Under the pieces are notes generated by a model. It ran no database searches. It worked only from the letters and a program-made list of their open reading frames with translations, and had not been told where the DNA came from. From Bacteriovoracaceae bacterium (GTDB lineage Bacteria; Bdellovibrionota; Bacteriovoracia; Bacteriovoracales; Bacteriovoracaceae): DNA of 10,897 bases. The translations under genes and the position numbers were made by a program. Where the stretch lies: assembly GCA_049599895.1 (NCBI GenBank), contig JBMYPC010000106.1:1-10897 (forward strand), in the 5' to 3' direction. Below are positions 6,907-10,897 of this stretch, in pieces. Position 1 is the stretch's first letter. Every line of letters begins with the position of its first letter.

Positions 6907-8558
6907 AAAAACGAATATGCATCATTCAACTCACCAGGATGGGAGATCTCCTTCAAACATTGAAGGCCATAGAGCCTCTTGATCGAGAGAATATTGAGTT
7001 TACCCTCGTGGCGAGAAAAACATTCGCCCAGCCAATTCTCTTTCTTCTCGAAAAGAAATTCAAAGATGTTTATCTTTTTGATACTGAAGAGATTTATGGA
7101 CAAAAAGATCTTGAGGAAGCTGACAAAGCCCTTCAAAGCTTCATTGATCAGATCAATCAAAACGAGCATGAAATTGTTGTCAACCTGACTTTCTCTGAAA
7201 GTTCTGGATATCTTGCCACACTTATTAATAGCAAAAATAAGTTTGGTCTTAACATTTCAAAAGATCGAAAAAGAAATATCACTGACAAGTGGTCACAATA
7301 TCTCTATTCAACTGCTTTAACAGGACCTCATAATCCTTTTAATTTTGTCGATATCTTTAAAATGATTATTGGTGTTCCAACAGAGATGAATAACGCCATA
7401 GAACCAACCACAAGAAAAAAACAAATCGTAATTCATCCTTTTGCTTCCCGCACAAGAAAGTATTGGAAACCCACGAAATGGATAGAGTTTATTAAGCACT
7501 TTCATGCACAAAACAAAGACTCAAAGATCATTATTGTTGGATCAAAAGAAGAAAAAGAACTTGCTGATGTGATCTATGAATCACCTGTTCTTTTAAAATA
7601 TCGCAACCGCATTGAAAACCTTTGCGGAGAAACCAATCTTGAAGAAGTTTACAACCTTGTTAAAGAGGCTGAGCTTTTTGTAGGCCATGATTCAATGGTA
7701 GGACATCTTGCAAGTTTGCATTCAACTCCCTCAGTGACGATTTCACTTGGAACAGTCAGACCAAAAGAAACTTTTCCGTATACTCACAACGCTCTGGTTC
7801 TTTCACCAAAAAGAGACTGTTTCCCTTGCACCAGTCAAACAGTTTGTGACAACAATATCTGTCACTCTGACATATCACCTAAGGTTTCAGCTCTGTTGAC
7901 ACATCGGTATTTAAAAAACAGTCAAGCTGAAGAGTTTGACTACGACGATCTTAATAAAGTGATTCATGAAAATTCTTTTCTTTCCAATTCGATGGATATT
8001 TGTCTTGCATTGGGTGATAGCTCTGGACTTTGTAGACTTGAGAACTTAGCTCTTAAGAAATTTTCTTTAAAAGAATCGATCGATCTTATCTATCGTATTT
8101 CATGGCTCTATATTCTTGAAGAGAAAGAAGAAAATATACAGCTTCCTCAAATTACCACAGACACACAAAAAGAGCTTGCAACGTATGTTCAGGGAGTCTC
8201 CCAGGTTTATGAGCTTGCTGAGTTTGGTAAAAAGTTTAGTAAATATATTCTAGAAGAACTCGCAACCGACAACCCTGACACAGATAAGTTAAAGTCTTAT
8301 TCAGCAAAACTTGATGAAATCGACAAACTGACCAATGCCCTAATCAAGCCTTATCCGTTACTTTCTCCACTCGTAAACTTCTATTCCCTCTCAAAGGCGA
8401 ATACACTTGGAGAAGATCTCGTAAGAATAACAATGAATACTTTTTTTCTTTATAATGATTGCTCACTCATGTGTAGCGTCTTTTTTGATCTCGCAAATAA
8501 GATTCTTGGAACAATTGAAGAAAAATCTAATCAATCAGATGTCCCAATGGAGAACTAG
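6903..8558 (+). CDS. Glycosyltransferase family 9 (heptosyltransferase-like) with Cys motif and C-terminal helical extension, paralog 2
   Basis: ICIIQLTRMGDL; IVIHPFASRTRKYW; NLCGETNLEE; AELFVGHDSMVGHLASLHSTPSVTISLG; CFPC-x5-C-x4-C motif. Confidence 0.9.
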   Translation: MKKRICIIQLTRMGDLLQTLKAIEPLDRENIEFTLVARKTFAQPILFLLEKKFKDVYLFDTEEIYGQKDLEEADKALQSFIDQINQNEHEIVVNLTFSESSGYLATLINSKNKFGLNISKDRKRNITDKWSQYLYSTALTGPHNPFNFVDIFKMIIGVPTEMNNAIEPTTRKKQIVIHPFASRTRKYWKPTKWIEFIKHFHAQNKDSKIIIVGSKEEKELADVIYESPVLLKYRNRIENLCGETNLEEVYNLVKEAELFVGHDSMVGHLASLHSTPSVTISLGTVRPKETFPYTHNALVLSPKRDCFPCTSQTVCDNNICHSDISPKVSALLTHRYLKNSQAEEFDYDDLNKVIHENSFLSNSMDICLALGDSSGLCRLENLALKKFSLKESIDLIYRISWLYILEEKEENIQLPQITTDTQKELATYVQGVSQVYELAEFGKKFSKYILEELATDNPDTDKLKSYSAKLDEIDKLTNALIKPYPLLSPLVNFYSLSKANTLGEDLVRITMNTFFLYNDCSLMCSVFFDLANKILGTIEEKSNQSDVPMEN

Positions 8559-9005
8559 ATGAGCAACTTAACATTAGACTTTTTAAAAACGGTTAATGAA
8601 GCAGCTGACGCCGCCTTGAGCAGCATTGAACAAATCAATGATGAAGTTCAGCAAAACAATCAATTGTTTGCCTCTGGAAATACTCAAGAAGGCCTTGAGA
8701 GTTTTGGTGAAATTACCCAAGTTCTCGATCTCTTTGTAAAGTTAATTGGAAGCTTATCGAGCGCTCTCGAAAACCATACGGAAAACTTTCAAGATCTTAA
8801 AAGACCGGAAGCAGAGCTCCTCGACTGCATTAAGTCTCTTTTTGAAGCCCAGGTAGCAACAGACTATTCACTGCTTTGTGACTTGTTAGAACACGATTTA
8901 AGCGCTAACTTGGATCAATGGAAAGAACAATTCCTCTTGCCGATTACAAAAGCCTGTTCAAAGAACATCGAACAACTTACTCGAGATTTAAAAGCCGAAG
9001 CTTAA
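8559..9005 (+). CDS. Helical-bundle hypothetical protein with DYSLLCDLLEHDL motif
   Basis: Abuts the upstream stop (TAG-ATG) with a GGAG SD. Acidic and all-helical. The DxxLLxDLLExxLxxxLxxW pattern resembles small proteins I recall from flagellin-glycosylation/maf neighbourhoods. Confidence 0.8.
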   Translation: MSNLTLDFLKTVNEAADAALSSIEQINDEVQQNNQLFASGNTQEGLESFGEITQVLDLFVKLIGSLSSALENHTENFQDLKRPEAELLDCIKSLFEAQVATDYSLLCDLLEHDLSANLDQWKEQFLLPITKACSKNIEQLTRDLKAEA

Positions 9006-10297
9006 CCCTTAACAAGCTAAAATCGCTTTCGTCTCTCAAAGATCAGTTCTTGGTCTCGCTTTTAAAAGATGGATATGAGATTGGCTCCACTCCAAACAAC
9101 CTCAAACAAATCATCCGCTCGAGCGATCCAGAAGGATTTTTAAAACCTGTTTCAAAAATTCCTCTTTTCAAGAATTTTGACTCTCTTATTATTGCCTATC
9201 TCCCGAAGGGATCAACCAAGGCCAAACTTTTAAGTTACAACTCTGCTGAAAAATTTCAGGAACAGGACCTCCCTAACGATATTTTTTTGGACCTCTTTAA
9301 AAATATAAAAAAAAGCAAGAACAAACAATTCAAAGTCGATCGTCCACTGTCCTCTTATATAGGTTCTCTTGGAAGCTATTTTGCAAAAGAATACACTTTC
9401 TCTGACTTATCTTATATTTTCATCTTTTCAAGAAATGAGTTTCTTTCTCCTTCGCCTCAAGAGTATGAAAACTTTTACAGTATTCTCGATGCTCTCAAGC
9501 ATAAGTTTCATTATGTACTCACAAGAAAAGAAGATCTTAATGTACAAGAAATATCAAAGTCCATTGAAAGTATTATCAAGTCTTCAACTCAAGATATCTC
9601 AAACTCAGGTCTCGTTCACCATTTTCAAAGAGAGCGACTTAAACTTCTCTCTGAACTTCTTGATACTTTAAAGCATGAGCTCAGCAACCCTATTTTTGGA
9701 GTCAAGCTTGCTTATGAAAATTTGTTAGAGGTTAAGGAAGGAGATTCTCTTAAAATTAAATCTGAAGCTGTGAAAAACCTTGAAAGGTGTCAAAAAATTA
9801 TTGAGAACTTTTCTACTATATTTGATGATACCAATATCGAAGAAGACTTCTCGCTTGAAGAAACTTTTCAAGAAGTTCTAACTCTTAGTAAGAGTGCCAC
9901 AACTGGAATTTCTCAAACACTCAATATACAAGAAGAATTAAAAGAGCTGAAAATTAGAAAAAATAAAACCTTTTTTATTCAAATTCTTTTTAATGCTATC
10001 GTCAACTCAGCCCAATCGATTTCAACAGCAGGCAACTACTCAAACTCTGAAATCCAGATTTTTGTAAAAAAACTTAATCAAAAACTTCTTATTGAAGTTA
10101 TTGATAATGGTCCCGGCTTAGAAGCTGAAGATGGTCAAAAAGTATTCGATCCCTTTTTCACAACGAAAGAAAAAGGAACTGGGCTTGGCCTTTCTATTTG
10201 TCGACTTTTAGCGGAAAAGCTCGACGGAACAGTTTCTCTACAAAACCGAATGGATGAGACAAATGGGGCTGTCTTTACTCTGGCCATCCCTCTCTAA
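8918..10297 (+). CDS. Cytoplasmic sensor histidine kinase (HisKA + HATPase_c)
   Basis: H-box LKHELSNPI, N-box QILFNAIVNSAQSI, G1 VIDNGPGL, F-box VFDPFFTTK, G2 GTGLGLSIC. No transmembrane segment. Start uncertain (88-nt overlap with the upstream gene). Confidence 0.92.
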   Translation: MERTIPLADYKSLFKEHRTTYSRFKSRSLTLNKLKSLSSLKDQFLVSLLKDGYEIGSTPNNLKQIIRSSDPEGFLKPVSKIPLFKNFDSLIIAYLPKGSTKAKLLSYNSAEKFQEQDLPNDIFLDLFKNIKKSKNKQFKVDRPLSSYIGSLGSYFAKEYTFSDLSYIFIFSRNEFLSPSPQEYENFYSILDALKHKFHYVLTRKEDLNVQEISKSIESIIKSSTQDISNSGLVHHFQRERLKLLSELLDTLKHELSNPIFGVKLAYENLLEVKEGDSLKIKSEAVKNLERCQKIIENFSTIFDDTNIEEDFSLEETFQEVLTLSKSATTGISQTLNIQEELKELKIRKNKTFFIQILFNAIVNSAQSISTAGNYSNSEIQIFVKKLNQKLLIEVIDNGPGLEAEDGQKVFDPFFTTKEKGTGLGLSICRLLAEKLDGTVSLQNRMDETNGAVFTLAIPL

Positions 10298-10305
10298 GGT
10301 ATATA

Positions 10306-10659
10306 ATGAAAGTTTTAATCATAGAAGACGAACTCCTTATTAGAAAATCGATCCAAGTCCTAGCAACAAAAAGAGGGCATGAAGTTATTGGTACCGATAA
10401 AGGCCAAGAAGCGATTAAGCTTATCGAACAACAAAGCTTTGACTATATTATTTGCGACCTAATGCTTGGCGACATTGGCGGTTTTGACATCATTGAAGCT
10501 TCAAAAAGAGTTTACTCTCTGGAGGAGATTGCAAAAAAGTTTATTGTGATCACCGCATACAAGTCTGATGATATTCTAAGCCGAGTTCGATCATACAATT
10601 GCACTTTTTTTCAAAAACCTATCGATGATGTTAATATATTGATTGATCACTTAGTTTAA
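10306..10659 (+). CDS. Single-domain response regulator (receiver only)
   Basis: VLIIEDE, phosphoacceptor IICDLML, VITAY and FQKP motifs. 117 aa with no output domain; 8 nt after the kinase stop. Confidence 0.93.
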   Translation: MKVLIIEDELLIRKSIQVLATKRGHEVIGTDKGQEAIKLIEQQSFDYIICDLMLGDIGGFDIIEASKRVYSLEEIAKKFIVITAYKSDDILSRVRSYNCTFFQKPIDDVNILIDHLV

Positions 10660-10675
10660 TGGGCAAGGAATACTA

Positions 10676-10897
10676 TTGAAGATTAAAAATATCTCTATTT
10701 TTATAAGACCAAATGCAGGAAACGATCTCAAACTTGTTTTGAAAAATTTAGTCAATTGGCTTTCAAGACAAAAACGACATGTTTTTTTACATGAAAAAAA
10801 TGCTGATTCAAAAAAGTTCGAAAAACTTCTTTCAAATAAATCCCATCTCAAAGTCACCAATGACCCCAAGGAACTCTTTGAATCAGATCTCATCATC
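10676..10897 (+). CDS. nadK: Probable NAD(+) kinase, N-terminal part (runs off the window)
   Basis: TTG start with AAGGA SD (10665-10669). Open to the edge: MKIKNISIFIRPNAGNDLKLVLKNLVNWLSRQKRHVFL...ELFESDLII, which fits the NAD-kinase N-terminus up to just before the expected GGDGT motif. That motif is not visible in the window. Confidence 0.65.
   Translation, partial: MKIKNISIFIRPNAGNDLKLVLKNLVNWLSRQKRHVFLHEKNADSKKFEKLLSNKSHLKVTNDPKELFESDLII

Noticed and set aside
6729..7169. 146-aa minus-strand ORF
   Set aside because: Antisense shadow of the 49-aa ORF and GT9 paralog 2, both well supported; no motif.
5075..8558. Assigning waaC/waaF gene symbols to the GT9 genes
   Set aside because: Their length, extra domain and flagellar context differ from canonical LPS core heptosyltransferases, and the substrate is unknown.
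726..9671. Short nested ORFs (726-956, 2360-2602, 4576-4767, 5439-5693, 6368-6607, 6979-7188, 7317-7511, 9369-9671)
   Set aside because: All lie inside longer well-supported genes in alternative frames and show no recognisable motifs.
10651..10896. 81-aa minus-strand ORF
   Set aside because: Antisense to the plus-strand NAD-kinase-like frame, which has an SD and fits the operon direction.
1..10897. tRNA/rRNA, CRISPR arrays, IS or prophage elements, intrinsic terminators
   Set aside because: No such structures, repeat arrays, transposase/integrase motifs or GC hairpin plus U-tract were seen.

Overview
AT-rich bacterial chromosomal window. Gene content and protein style suggest Bdellovibrionota (Bacteriovorax/Halobacteriovorax-like); this is an inference, not a tested assignment. 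On the minus strand are a 502-aa polytopic membrane protein with ArnT/PMT (GT-C)-like motifs and a small acidic ORF. Divergently on the plus strand runs a tightly packed cluster: fliD, fliS, a FliT-like gene, a stand-alone N-terminal module of a Maf (motility-associated factor) flagellin glycosyltransferase, two paralogous GT9 (heptosyltransferase-like) proteins with about 170-aa helical C-terminal extensions flanking a 49-aa ORF missing from the ORF track, a helical 'DxxLLxDLLExxL' protein, a soluble histidine kinase, a single-domain response regulator and the start of a probable NAD kinase. The most interesting signal is a candidate split, GT9-based Maf-like flagellar glycosylation module that lacks the canonical Maf catalytic domain. 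A CsrA-type GGA hairpin in the fliS leader and several sigma70-like promoters are also visible. No RNA genes, CRISPR arrays or mobile elements were seen.
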